Positions 10,064 to 19,191 of a stretch of 64,000 nucleotides of DNA are shown here, piece after piece. Within the stretch, counting starts at the first letter, position 1, and each line of letters opens with the position of its first letter. This DNA is from Candidatus Terraquivivens ruidianensis (GTDB lineage Archaea; Thermoproteota; Nitrososphaeria_A; Caldarchaeales; Wolframiiraptoraceae): positions 12,792 to 76,791 of the forward strand of contig JALNLB010000003.1 of the NCBI GenBank assembly GCA_023267885.1, in the 5' to 3' direction. The notes under the pieces are model-generated. The model was not told where the DNA came from, ran no database searches, and saw only the letters and a list, made by a program, of their open reading frames with translations. The position numbers were made by a program, and so were the translations under genes.

Positions 10064-10240
10064 ATGAAGCAGATAACGCTTCCAACTTGTTCGTGGTGTC
10101 ACAGGTCAATATTACCTGGCGAGAGAGCGGTGAGTTTTCCATGTCCGAACTGCGGAAGGGTGACGATATGGAGGTGCAGGGTTTGCAGGGAGCTGGCGAG
10201 GCCTTACGTCTGCCCCTCATGCGGGTTCGAGGGGCCATAG
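10064..10240 (+). CDS. Small Zn-ribbon protein (58 aa), unlisted in the ORF track
   Basis: I translated MKQITLPTCSWCHRSILPGERAVSFPCPNCGRVTIWRCRVCRELARPYVCPSCGFEGP. It contains four CxxC pairs and sits immediately upstream of EF-1beta. Confidence 0.6.
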   Translation: MKQITLPTCSWCHRSILPGERAVSFPCPNCGRVTIWRCRVCRELARPYVCPSCGFEGP

Positions 10241-10252
10241 GAGGAGTGGCTT

Positions 10253-10519
10253 TTGGCTAAGGTACTTGTGCTCATCAGGGTAATGCCGGTCGATGAGAAC
10301 GTCGATTTGGATGGGCTGGCCGATAAAATATCTAAAGGCCTTCCTAAGGGCATAGAGTTGCACGAGAGCAGAAGAGAGCCTCTCGCCTTCGGAGCGGAAT
10401 CCCTTTTAATGGCGTTTGCCATGCCAGACGAGGAGGGTCACGTTTACGCTCTTGAGGAATACCTGAAGGGCTTCCCCGAGATACAAGAGTTCATGACAGA
10501 ATTCGTAACTAGGGTTTAA
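10253..10519 (+). CDS. ef1b: Translation elongation factor aEF-1 beta
   Basis: 88 aa, VLIRVMPVD...GFPEIQEF. Confidence 0.85.
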   Translation: MAKVLVLIRVMPVDENVDLDGLADKISKGLPKGIELHESRREPLAFGAESLLMAFAMPDEEGHVYALEEYLKGFPEIQEFMTEFVTRV

Positions 10520-10573
10520 GGTATTTTAAACCTACCGCTTATCTCCCAAACTATACTTAAATAATGCACGCTG

Positions 10574-12763
10574 ATGATTTTTGATGAAATGAGCAGCAAG
10601 GAGCTTAGGCTTAGGGTCGTTGAGGCGAAGCAGCGCGACGTTGGCTATGGTATAGCGAGGATTGACAGGGATGTCGGAGCTTCCGCAGGCCTTACGACTG
10701 GAGATATAATTGAAATAAGGGGAAAGAAGGTCACGGCCGCTACGCTGTGGCTGGGCTACACAGAGGACGAGAAAGATACGATAAGGATAGACGGCTACAT
10801 AAGGAGCAATGCCGGAGCATCCTTGAACGACTATGTAACGGTCAGGAAGGCGCAGGTGAAGGAAGCCCAGCTGGTTATACTGGCGCCCGTGAATAACTCC
10901 ATCAAGCCCGACGATAATTTCATAAAGCTGGTGAAGAGCAGGCTAATAGAGTATCCGACGGTTCAGAAGAACATCGTGCCCGTTCTCTTCTTCGGCAACC
11001 TATTCACGTTCGCTGTCATACAGACAAGACCTATGGGAATCGTCAAGATAACACCTAGGACGAAGTTGATAGTGCAGGCGAGGTCGGTCCAAGAGAGGGT
11101 CTTCAGGACTAGCGTGACATACGAAGACATAGGAGGTCTTCAAGAGCAGATACAAAGGATAAGAGAGCTGATAGAGCTTCCGTTAAGATATCCTGAGCTT
11201 TTCCAGAAGCTTGGGATAGACCCGCCGAAGGGCATACTGCTTTATGGCCCACCCGGCTGCGGCAAGACACTCTTGGCCAAGGCCGTCGCAACGGAGGCCG
11301 ATGCCAACTTCATACTTATAAACGGACCTGAGATCATGAACAAATATTACGGCGAGACCGAAGCGCGATTAAGGGAGATATTCAGGAAGGCCGAGGAGGA
11401 AGCTCCGAGCATAATATTCATCGACGAAATAGATGCGATAGCACCAAAAAGGAGCGAGGTAACGGGTGAGGTCGAGAAGAGGGTTGTAGCCCAACTCCTT
11501 GCGCTCATGGATGGTTTGGAGTCAAGGGGCTCCGTAATCGTTATAGGTGCTACGAACAGGCAGAATGCGCTAGACCCGGCTCTAAGAAGACCCGGTAGGT
11601 TCGACAGGGAAGTAGAGATTGGGATACCCGATAAGAAGGCTAGGAAAGAGATACTTGACATACATACGAGGGGCATGCCATTAGACGAGAGCGTCGACTT
11701 GGACAGGCTGGCCGAGATCACCAAAGGCTACACCGGAGCTGACATAGCTGCGCTTTGCAGGGAAGCGGCCATGAGGGCCATACGCAGAATACTGCCGAGC
11801 ATAGACTTCTCAGAGGAGAAGATATCACCAGAATTGCTGAACAACCTTGCAGTGATGATGAAGGACTTCCAAGATGCCTACAAGGAGATAACGCCCACGG
11901 CCCTCAGGGAGGTCGAAATAGAGACGCCGACGGTGAGGTGGGAACAGGTGGGCGGACTCGAAGATGTGAAGCAAAGGTTGAGAGAGGCAATCGAGTGGCC
12001 TCTTAAATATCCCGAGAAGTTTGAGAGGCTCGGCATAAAGCCACCGAAGGGCATACTGCTCTACGGCCCACCTGGCTGCGGCAAGACACTCTTGGCCAAG
12101 GCGATAGCGACTGAGAGCGAGGCCAACTTCATATCAATAAAGGGACCTGAGATATTCAGCAAATGGGTTGGCGAATCGGAGAAAGCCATTAGGGAGATAT
12201 TCAGGAAGGCAAGGCAGGCAGCACCCTCAATAGTGTTCTTAGACGAGATAGAGTCCATAGTTCCTAGGAAGGACTTCTTAGAAGACAGCTCTGGTGTGTC
12301 GCACAGAGTAGCGAGCCAGCTCTTGGCCGAGATGGACGGAATAGAAGACCTGAATGGCGTAATCGCAATAGGTGCGACCAACAGGCCAGACCTACTGGAC
12401 CCCGCTATACTCAGGCCGGGTAGGTTCGATAGGCTAGTATACGTGCCACCGCCCGACGAGAAGTCAAGGCTTCAGATACTGAAGATATACACGGCTAAGA
12501 TGCCGCTTGCGGACGACGTCTCGCTTGAAGAGATTGCGAGCATGACCGAAGGCTACTCTGGCGCTGACTTAGAATCGCTGTGTAGAGAGGCTGCGTTATC
12601 CACGATCAGAAGAGGAGGGGAACCGGAAGTAGTAACAAAGCAGGACTTCCAAGAGGCCCTCAGACTCGTGAAGCCGAGCCTCTTGCCGCACATGATCAAA
12701 GAGTACGAGAAGATAGGTGAGCTACTGAGGTCTTCGGAAAAACCTTTAACCATGATAGGATGA
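10574..12763 (+). CDS. cdc48: Cdc48/p97 AAA+ ATPase (two AAA domains)
   Basis: Two GPPGCGKT Walker A motifs, an N-terminal Cdc48 domain and 729 aa. Confidence 0.95.
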   Translation: MIFDEMSSKELRLRVVEAKQRDVGYGIARIDRDVGASAGLTTGDIIEIRGKKVTAATLWLGYTEDEKDTIRIDGYIRSNAGASLNDYVTVRKAQVKEAQLVILAPVNNSIKPDDNFIKLVKSRLIEYPTVQKNIVPVLFFGNLFTFAVIQTRPMGIVKITPRTKLIVQARSVQERVFRTSVTYEDIGGLQEQIQRIRELIELPLRYPELFQKLGIDPPKGILLYGPPGCGKTLLAKAVATEADANFILINGPEIMNKYYGETEARLREIFRKAEEEAPSIIFIDEIDAIAPKRSEVTGEVEKRVVAQLLALMDGLESRGSVIVIGATNRQNALDPALRRPGRFDREVEIGIPDKKARKEILDIHTRGMPLDESVDLDRLAEITKGYTGADIAALCREAAMRAIRRILPSIDFSEEKISPELLNNLAVMMKDFQDAYKEITPTALREVEIETPTVRWEQVGGLEDVKQRLREAIEWPLKYPEKFERLGIKPPKGILLYGPPGCGKTLLAKAIATESEANFISIKGPEIFSKWVGESEKAIREIFRKARQAAPSIVFLDEIESIVPRKDFLEDSSGVSHRVASQLLAEMDGIEDLNGVIAIGATNRPDLLDPAILRPGRFDRLVYVPPPDEKSRLQILKIYTAKMPLADDVSLEEIASMTEGYSGADLESLCREAALSTIRRGGEPEVVTKQDFQEALRLVKPSLLPHMIKEYEKIGELLRSSEKPLTMIG

Positions 12764-12991
12764 ATGCCCTTGAACGTGAAGTCAGAGGTTCACTCCGCAA
12801 TCTTGGAAACTTTACGAAGGATGGGCGGAAAGGCGCTAGAGCAGAATCTGCTGGATGAGCTCAGGGCAAGAGGCCTGGAGCTAATGCCAGAGATGCTAAG
12901 GCAGGCTCTGCTGAAGCTGGAGATACACGACAAGGTTAGGGTCATGAGCTTAGACGCTGAGCGGAAGCTGATAGAGCTCATCGAGGGCTAG
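12764..12991 (+). CDS. Hypothetical small protein, translationally coupled to cdc48
   Basis: Its ATG overlaps the cdc48 TGA (ATGA). 75 aa. Confidence 0.4.
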   Translation: MPLNVKSEVHSAILETLRRMGGKALEQNLLDELRARGLELMPEMLRQALLKLEIHDKVRVMSLDAERKLIELIEG

Positions 12992-14025
12992 CCCAACCAG
13001 GCATCCAAGCTCGTCTCCCCCTTGCCCTTTTCTAAGGCAACCTTCAACTCAGCAAGTGCCTTATCTACCCTGTCGGATGAAAAGTCGTACTCCTCGCAGA
13101 GTATCGACTTGGTGACTGCGTAATCTATCTCCTTCCACTTAAGCGTGTAGTTGTCCGTGACGTTCGGCCTCAAGAAGGCTTGTCTTATCACTTCTGGAGG
13201 GATTTCTAAGTTTGCGTTCAACGCCTCTAAGACCTTTTCGGCATCTCCGTACTCCTTGACAAGCTTGAGGGCCTTCTTCGGCCCTATTCCTTTCACACCC
13301 TCGCAGTAGTCTGTCCCCACGAGTATGCCTATGTCTATCAAAAGCTCCCTCGTTATTCCCAAAGATGAGAGCAGGGCCTCGAGGCTTATCAGTTCAGGCT
13401 CGACCTCGACGTACACTTTCTTGCCCGGAAGCTTTCGCTTTCCGACTATGGACAGGTTCCTCACGAGCCTTGGCGAGCCGAAGAGTAGCGAGTCCATGTC
13501 TTGGGATGCGGACGCGTAAACGTCGCCCTTAGCGGTCATGTAAGCGGCTTGTGCCTCACCTTCCGACGGCGCTTGGACTGTTGGTATGCCCATGGCTTCA
13601 AGAAGCCTCCTCGAACTTTCCAGCATGTACTCTTCAAGCGTTGCCGCCCTCTGCGCGTACTTCCTGGCAGTCTCCACGTCGCCCCTCAGCAGAGCCTCCT
13701 CGTAAAGCTTCCCGGCCTCCTTCCTCAGCTCTACCCTTCTCTCGACCGTAGTTTGCTTCAGCTCCGGAGGCCTTCCGTCGAAGACATAGACCGGCTTGAT
13801 TCCCTTCTCAAGCAAGTTGATACTCCTGAAGAACAGACCGCTGAGGTGGCTGGTAATCCTGCCCCTGCTGTCCATGAGAGGCCTTCCGTCAGGGCCCCTG
13901 ATCGTCGCCAAGAACTGGTAGAGCATGTTGAACGCGTCTAATGCTATGGCCCTCCCCCTGAGCGATTCCAGCGCTATCGTCTGGACAGCCTCGGGCGGAA
14001 CTATGTCGCCCAGCTTCACGCCCAT
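12988..14025 (-). CDS. fen: Flap endonuclease FEN-1
   Basis: MGVKLGDIVP, the XPG N/I domains and the PCNA-binding C-terminus. Confidence 0.95.
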   Translation of the reverse strand: MGVKLGDIVPPEAVQTIALESLRGRAIALDAFNMLYQFLATIRGPDGRPLMDSRGRITSHLSGLFFRSINLLEKGIKPVYVFDGRPPELKQTTVERRVELRKEAGKLYEEALLRGDVETARKYAQRAATLEEYMLESSRRLLEAMGIPTVQAPSEGEAQAAYMTAKGDVYASASQDMDSLLFGSPRLVRNLSIVGKRKLPGKKVYVEVEPELISLEALLSSLGITRELLIDIGILVGTDYCEGVKGIGPKKALKLVKEYGDAEKVLEALNANLEIPPEVIRQAFLRPNVTDNYTLKWKEIDYAVTKSILCEEYDFSSDRVDKALAELKVALEKGKGETSLDAWLG

Positions 14026-14196
14026 GGCTCCTTCTGCACCGTAAGAAAGTGCGAGCTTGAAGTATAAGGGCGTATCTATGGTTCATGAAAAGCTGTCTTT
14101 CGGTCCCTGTAGTATGACGCTATTGAATTTCTCAGAGCAAACCCTCTCGAACTAGGAGAGAGCCCTTATATAAAACGCGATACAATAGGATAAACG

Positions 14197-14493
14197 ATGC
14201 GGGCAGTAGCCGTAGGTAGCAGGAGCTTCGTGCTGGGCTTCAGGCTTGCCGGCGTCAGAGGAGTTGAGGTCACCAATGCAAACGAGGCACTCTCTACAGT
14301 CAACAGGCTGATGAACGACCCAGAGATAGGGCTGATAATACTATCCGAAGAGCTGACATCCGAGATAAGAAACGAAATAAATGAGATAAGGACCAAAAAG
14401 CCTATGCCGCTCATATACGTATTACCCTCGTCCTCGACAGGCGCAAGGGATATGGACTATAGGTCTTTGCTCAGGCAAGTTTTAGGTATTTAG
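14197..14493 (+). CDS. atpF: A-type ATP synthase subunit F
   Basis: 98 aa, MRAVAVGSRSFVLGFRLAGV. Confidence 0.75.
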   Translation: MRAVAVGSRSFVLGFRLAGVRGVEVTNANEALSTVNRLMNDPEIGLIILSEELTSEIRNEINEIRTKKPMPLIYVLPSSSTGARDMDYRSLLRQVLGI

Positions 14494-14569
14494 GTGGGCA
14501 ATTTGACGAAAGGAAAAATAAATATATTGACTCAAAAAAGTGAAAACCAATTAATAGGTCGGTGAGCCC

Positions 14570-15421
14570 TTGACTTCTGTCATTTCTTTTCAGCATGCAC
14601 GAGGCGGCTCTGGCACTTCGCTCATTTCTATGATTAGCGCAAAGATCCTCTCAAGCTTTGGTAAGGTTGCTTTGCTGGAAATGGACTTCCTTAACCCTCT
14701 GCTACATCAAGTCTTTCCGCAAAAAACCTTGAAGGCACACGTTAACGACTTTATCTTTGGTGAGGCAAGCTTGGACGACGTGCTGGTAGACGTCGGACAA
14801 GAGGTTGATGCGAAGCCGAAGAATTTTTGGGTTGCTTACATGAATCCGCTTGAGGGCGCGAGGAAGAGGATGGAGTTTGCCGACGCTACACGGGATAAGC
14901 GGATAACTAAGACTTTTGAGAACGTTAGTTGGAGGGTCGAAGGCATGCCTTTAGACTTTGTTATGCTTGACATGGCACCGTGGAGTAACTACCTTAACGA
15001 CATAACATCCATAATATCGGATGTTGTATTCTTTATCATAAGGCCGAGCAGACTAGAGCTTACGTTGTTCCTCCATAGGTATGCAACGCAGCTCTCTCGT
15101 ATAATAGCGAAGGTTGTGCCCATAATCAACTTCTGCCCTTCGGATGACGAAGAATATGTCCAGATGATTATTAAGAGATTACAGGAGAATTGTCCAGAAT
15201 GTAAGAACGTTATCACCATACCGTATTACCAAGACCTTGCCTCGGGTCCAAGCAAGAAGCTAATCAAAGATTGCTCGCATCCTATATGCCGCGATTTAAG
15301 TAAAGCTATACTCAGTCCCGTCCCTAGAGAGAAGCCTTTTTTCAAAAACTCAAAAAACCATGAAACAAACGGACTAGTGGAAAGGTTGCAGGCTATCCAC
15401 TATCCTGAAAAAACTCCCTAA
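14570..15421 (+). CDS. ParA/MinD-fold (SIMIBI) P-loop protein with a degenerate Walker A motif
   Basis: It aligns to the deviant Walker A region (HARGGSGTS versus KGGxGKT), so both lysines are absent. The Walker B-like stretch FVMLDMAP is present. The track start is TTG. Confidence 0.55.
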   Translation: MTSVISFQHARGGSGTSLISMISAKILSSFGKVALLEMDFLNPLLHQVFPQKTLKAHVNDFIFGEASLDDVLVDVGQEVDAKPKNFWVAYMNPLEGARKRMEFADATRDKRITKTFENVSWRVEGMPLDFVMLDMAPWSNYLNDITSIISDVVFFIIRPSRLELTLFLHRYATQLSRIIAKVVPIINFCPSDDEEYVQMIIKRLQENCPECKNVITIPYYQDLASGPSKKLIKDCSHPICRDLSKAILSPVPREKPFFKNSKNHETNGLVERLQAIHYPEKTP

Positions 15422-15797
15422 AGTTTAGTATCCTGAGGGTCTCCGGCTCCGTTAGCTCTAGCCCATGGAGCACCCTTCCGAGCCTGTGGAGACCGTAGAA
15501 AACTTGTCTTACCGGTATGGGTTTAGGGAACTTCTCCATCGAATCAAAGTCTATCCTGAGTGTCCAACCCCTCCTTATGCACATCCTTATCTCCTCTTCC
15601 TCCATGTCCTTCAGGTGCACTACGTCCTTAATCCTTCCGTAACCCACGAATGAGTCCACGTTTTTCTTCATTATAAAGAAGACCATGCTTCCGGGCTCGA
15701 ACTTCCTCTTCAGGCCTGTGTAGTACCTCCTCTTGGAGAAGACATGCTCCTCGTTGTTTTCCCCGACAATCCTAAGGATGAAAGCGTTCGCCGTCAT
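15393..15797 (-). CDS. EVE/PUA-like domain protein
   Basis: 134 aa with an EVE-like core (GSMVFFIMKKN...FVGYGRIKDV). Confidence 0.5.
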   Translation of the reverse strand: MTANAFILRIVGENNEEHVFSKRRYYTGLKRKFEPGSMVFFIMKKNVDSFVGYGRIKDVVHLKDMEEEEIRMCIRRGWTLRIDFDSMEKFPKPIPVRQVFYGLHRLGRVLHGLELTEPETLRILNFREFFQDSG

Positions 15798-15933
15798 TTT
15801 TAATCAACGACTTTTTGTCTACTAATATTTAATGGAACTAATATACGTTCGGTAGCAAAGTGTTTTAGGTACGTTCAGAGACTTTATTCTAAGCCGTTTC
15901 CATGTGCTCGCTGAACGTAGTCTCCGGTACTGG

Positions 15934-15962
15934 TTCGCCTTTCCAGAAAATTTTTCTTATGA
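15934..15962. repeat. 29-bp direct repeat, left copy (TTCGCCTTTCCAGAAAATTTTTCTTATGA)
   Basis: A near-identical copy lies at 16531..16559. The two copies bracket the toxin-antitoxin cassette. Confidence 0.8.
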
Positions 15963-16035
15963 AGGTGGGTTCAAGCCTTAACCTTCAAAAACCTTATTAT
16001 GGAGCCTCACTAAAATGGAATTTTAGTGAAGTAAA

Positions 16036-16245
16036 GTGGTCAGAAGCTCCCTTTTAACGGACGACGACAGGGCCCTTCTCTTAAAGGTCAGCAACATGCT
16101 CGACGAGCTCTTGGAAACTCTTGGTGTCCTCGAGGATGAGGAGGTTATGAGGTCTATCGAGGAGGCCGAGGACGACGTCAAAGCTGGTAGGGTTAGAGGA
16201 TATGAGGAATTCATCGAGGAGCTGAAGAAGTCTGGAGAGATATGA
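16036..16245 (+). CDS. Type II antitoxin
   Basis: 69 aa acidic protein directly upstream of, and overlapping, a RelE/ParE toxin gene. Confidence 0.7.
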   Translation: MVRSSLLTDDDRALLLKVSNMLDELLETLGVLEDEEVMRSIEEAEDDVKAGRVRGYEEFIEELKKSGEI

Positions 16246-16297
16246 GCTTAAAGTTACCAAGTGTTTTGAAAAGGATTTCCGAAAACTTGACCCGCAG

Positions 16298-16489
16298 GTG
16301 AAAAGAAGGGTGGACTCGGCTATAAGAAGGCTTGGAGATGATCCCCGTCAAGGAAAACCCCTTAGGGGAGAGCTGTCTGGTAAATGGAGCCTAAGGGTTG
16401 GAGATTACAGGGTTATATACGTCGTAAACGAAGCAGAAAAGGCTGTCATACTCTACACAGTGAAGCATAGGAAGGTAGCGTACCGATGA
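16298..16489 (+). CDS. RelE/ParE-family toxin. The conserved N-terminus (YELKVTKCFEKDFRKLDP) is encoded upstream in frame without a canonical start, so this may be frameshifted.
   Basis: The C-terminal GDYRVIYVV...ILYTVKHRK is a RelE/ParE hallmark. The frame is open back to 16226. Confidence 0.65.
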   Translation: MKRRVDSAIRRLGDDPRQGKPLRGELSGKWSLRVGDYRVIYVVNEAEKAVILYTVKHRKVAYR

Positions 16490-16530
16490 ACGTATTCTTC
16501 GAACAAAAACGTTGTGGTTCTTGACGCTAT

Positions 16531-16559
16531 TTCGCCTTTCCAGAAAATTTTTCTTACGA
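16531..16559. repeat. 29-bp direct repeat, right copy (TTCGCCTTTCCAGAAAATTTTTCTTACGA)
   Basis: It matches 28 of 29 positions of 15934..15962. Confidence 0.8.
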
Positions 16560-16608
16560 TGACACTTTTGGAGCGCTCTCTATATATATAGCTGGTATTA
16601 GTTACGAA

Positions 16609-16632
16609 CACGGAAAAAATTTTTTTTCCGTG
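16609..16632. terminator. Perfect 24-bp palindrome CACGGAAAAAATTTTTTTTCCGTG between convergent genes, likely a bidirectional terminator
   Basis: It has a T8 tract on the + strand and a T6 tract on the - strand. It sits between the toxin 3' end at 16489 and the GT 3' end at 16687. Confidence 0.45.
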
Positions 16633-16686
16633 CAAGATGAACTAATCGTCCGAGGTGTTAAAGGAGTCTGGAGAGAACCTAACGCT

Positions 16687-19191
16687 TTAAGAGGGTAGCG
16701 CTCTGCTAAGGCTTGAAGCTCGGCTTTTTCGGTATGCTCTTCTGGCCAGAAGTAGCAGGAGTGCGAAAGGCAGGAATGCTAAAACGTTCTCGGGTATCAC
16801 GAGGTAGGTGTATTTGCCGGTATATCCCGTGTACATGGTTATAGGTACACGTACGACTCTAACACCTCCCGGTAATTCTTCTACTATAAATGACTGGTGT
16901 TGGAACCTGAGGTGTATGTAGCAGTTGGTACACGTCGGTAGGTTCACGGGCACGAAGACATCCTCCTCAAAGTCGCCATAATAAGTACCGCTGAAAGAAC
17001 CGCTTCCTATTTGTGTGCCCAAGTTGTTGGTATTGGGCGAGACATAAACCTCAACAGAACCTACCGTAGAGTCTGCCAACGAGTTCCCGGCGAAGTGGAA
17101 GACCCAAGTCCCATCGTCTGAATCTTGGAAGTTATAGGTTGACTCAGACCTCCAATAATAGTATGTAGATGAACTCAAACTTTGGGAACCGGATGGTTGG
17201 GTCGTACTCATCGTACCACTTCCTACTGTGGTGCCACCGTTGGGGTAAAGGTACAGGGTCTGATAAGGCACGTAGGCTTGAGCCTGCTGTATCGGCTGGA
17301 AGCTCACGAGAAGCATGAGCGACGTCGTCACGAATAATATGCCAGCCTTCCTCAACATGGAGGAATCTGGGCCGAACCTCGAACCGTAGAAGAGGAGCAC
17401 TCCCAAGCAAGCAGAAGCCAGGGCAGAGGCCGCATCGTAGAGCACAAGGGGCCCCATACCGAGGAGAAGCCTTAAGGGAATGTAGGAGGATACTACTGCC
17501 ACGACGCTGATGAGTAGCCTCGGCATCATGGCTCCGATTCGGATGCTTCGGCCCATCAGCCAAACGAGCGTGGCGATTCCCACGGATATGCTGGCCATCA
17601 AAATGGCGTACTCGGCCGGTTGTGGTATCCTGCTCCCTGACCCTTCGATGCTCGTCAGCAAGAGCTTAAGGAGGGCGTAGGCCAAGAAGGAGGATAGGAA
17701 CGATAGTATTGCGCAGGATACTATCCCTGACCTCTTCTTCATCGATTGCCTGCCCCTGAAGATTTTCCTGATGATGAACGCAAAGATGCCCTCGGTAATC
17801 TTTCCGGTCTTCAGCGTCCTGAACCAAGCAGACTCCTTTTTACTAAACAGCCCCTTGAGCGCAGCCATTGCCTGAAAGGTTGCCAAGACATGCATGAGCG
17901 GAATGAAGGTGAAAGCTCCCTTCCAATGCCTAGACGCCCTGTACTCTAAGTATAGACCAGTCAGGTTGACGAGTGGTATGGCCATCATGTTGGTGAGCAG
18001 TAGCGACCACCCGAAAATCGAGGTCCAGAACGGTATCTTCACCCTCAGGACTTCCGCAACCAACCATACGACCGTCCCAAGGATGAGGAACAAGCTGCTG
18101 AGGTAGTATGGGGATAGGTAGAGAAACTCCAGCTTCTCCCTCAACGATAAGAACTTGCTCCTAAGTATCTCCATGAAATAACGCTTCACAGCAAAGGTGT
18201 GGCCTTCAGCCCATCTTGCCCTCTGCCTAATCAGCGACATAAGGGTGGCGGGGCACTCGGCGGGCGCAGCTGCCAGCTGAGTGTACTTGACCTTGTAACC
18301 GTCCCGATAAAGCCTGAGCGTCAAGTCCCAGTCCTCCGTCAGGCTGTCCCTCCAGCCATACTGGCGTAGTATGTCGGCCCTTATCATGAAGACGCTACCT
18401 GATATCATACGCATACCCAGCATCAAATCGTTCACGAGCAACCTCTCAACCAAGTAGTTGCCCGCGTACTCGGCGCTCACGGCCTTCGTTATCCAGTTCT
18501 CGGAAGCGTTCAGGACGTGCCACTGGTAACCTTGAACTACAACGATCTCCCTAGAGCTGTACAGCTCGTCTAACATCTTACGTATGCCTCTGCCGTTCAG
18601 TTGACCGTTCTCGTATCCGTTACCGAATTCGTTAAGTAGCCTCTGGATTATGTCCTTTGGTGGTATGAAGTCTGCATCGAATACAACGACGTACTCCGCC
18701 TCATCGCTCATGAACTTGAGCGCCTCACGTAGCGCTCCACCTTTGAAGCCGCTCCTACTCTTCCTGTGGATTATCTTCACGCGCGGGTCTTTTTCATAGC
18801 GTCTCAATATGGTGGGCGTCGAGTCGGTCGAGTCGTCCACGACGATGACCTCGTATTTCGGGTAGTCCAAGGAAAGGAGAGCTTCCATGAGCCTCGCCGC
18901 AACCTTCTCTTCGTTGTAGAGGGGTATGTGGATACTCACCATCGGATAGTAGCCGTTACCTAAGGGGTCGGTAGTGCCGCCGTTCGTGTTGTGCCCGTTG
19001 TGCCTTAACTTTATACCGCCGTTCGTGTGGAATTTGTTGTTTCCGTTACCGTTGTTTCCATTCCTCTTGAAAAGTATGTAGGCCGTATATGCCAGCGCTA
19101 GATAGTACCTTATCGCGTACGTAAAGAAGAGTAAGCCGAATGCCAGGCTGAAGTACGGTAGTAGCTCAAGCACCTGCAACGCTATCGCCAC
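16687..19191 (-). CDS. Membrane-embedded processive family-2 glycosyltransferase (cellulose/chitin-synthase-like, QxxRW) with a C-terminal extracellular Ser/Thr-rich domain and a PEP/PGF-CTERM-like sorting signal
   Basis: DDSTD, DAD and QRARW motifs, multiple TM segments, and a C-terminal IPENVLAFLPFALLLLLARRAYRKSR tail. Confidence 0.8.
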   Translation of the reverse strand: MAIALQVLELLPYFSLAFGLLFFTYAIRYYLALAYTAYILFKRNGNNGNGNNKFHTNGGIKLRHNGHNTNGGTTDPLGNGYYPMVSIHIPLYNEEKVAARLMEALLSLDYPKYEVIVVDDSTDSTPTILRRYEKDPRVKIIHRKSRSGFKGGALREALKFMSDEAEYVVVFDADFIPPKDIIQRLLNEFGNGYENGQLNGRGIRKMLDELYSSREIVVVQGYQWHVLNASENWITKAVSAEYAGNYLVERLLVNDLMLGMRMISGSVFMIRADILRQYGWRDSLTEDWDLTLRLYRDGYKVKYTQLAAAPAECPATLMSLIRQRARWAEGHTFAVKRYFMEILRSKFLSLREKLEFLYLSPYYLSSLFLILGTVVWLVAEVLRVKIPFWTSIFGWSLLLTNMMAIPLVNLTGLYLEYRASRHWKGAFTFIPLMHVLATFQAMAALKGLFSKKESAWFRTLKTGKITEGIFAFIIRKIFRGRQSMKKRSGIVSCAILSFLSSFLAYALLKLLLTSIEGSGSRIPQPAEYAILMASISVGIATLVWLMGRSIRIGAMMPRLLISVVAVVSSYIPLRLLLGMGPLVLYDAASALASACLGVLLFYGSRFGPDSSMLRKAGILFVTTSLMLLVSFQPIQQAQAYVPYQTLYLYPNGGTTVGSGTMSTTQPSGSQSLSSSTYYYWRSESTYNFQDSDDGTWVFHFAGNSLADSTVGSVEVYVSPNTNNLGTQIGSGSFSGTYYGDFEEDVFVPVNLPTCTNCYIHLRFQHQSFIVEELPGGVRVVRVPITMYTGYTGKYTYLVIPENVLAFLPFALLLLLARRAYRKSRASSLSRALPS

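Noticed and set aside
10032-10238. 68-aa minus-strand ORF
   Set aside because: It is antisense to a clean four-CxxC Zn-ribbon ORF on the + strand that is co-directional with ef1b. It is an artefact.
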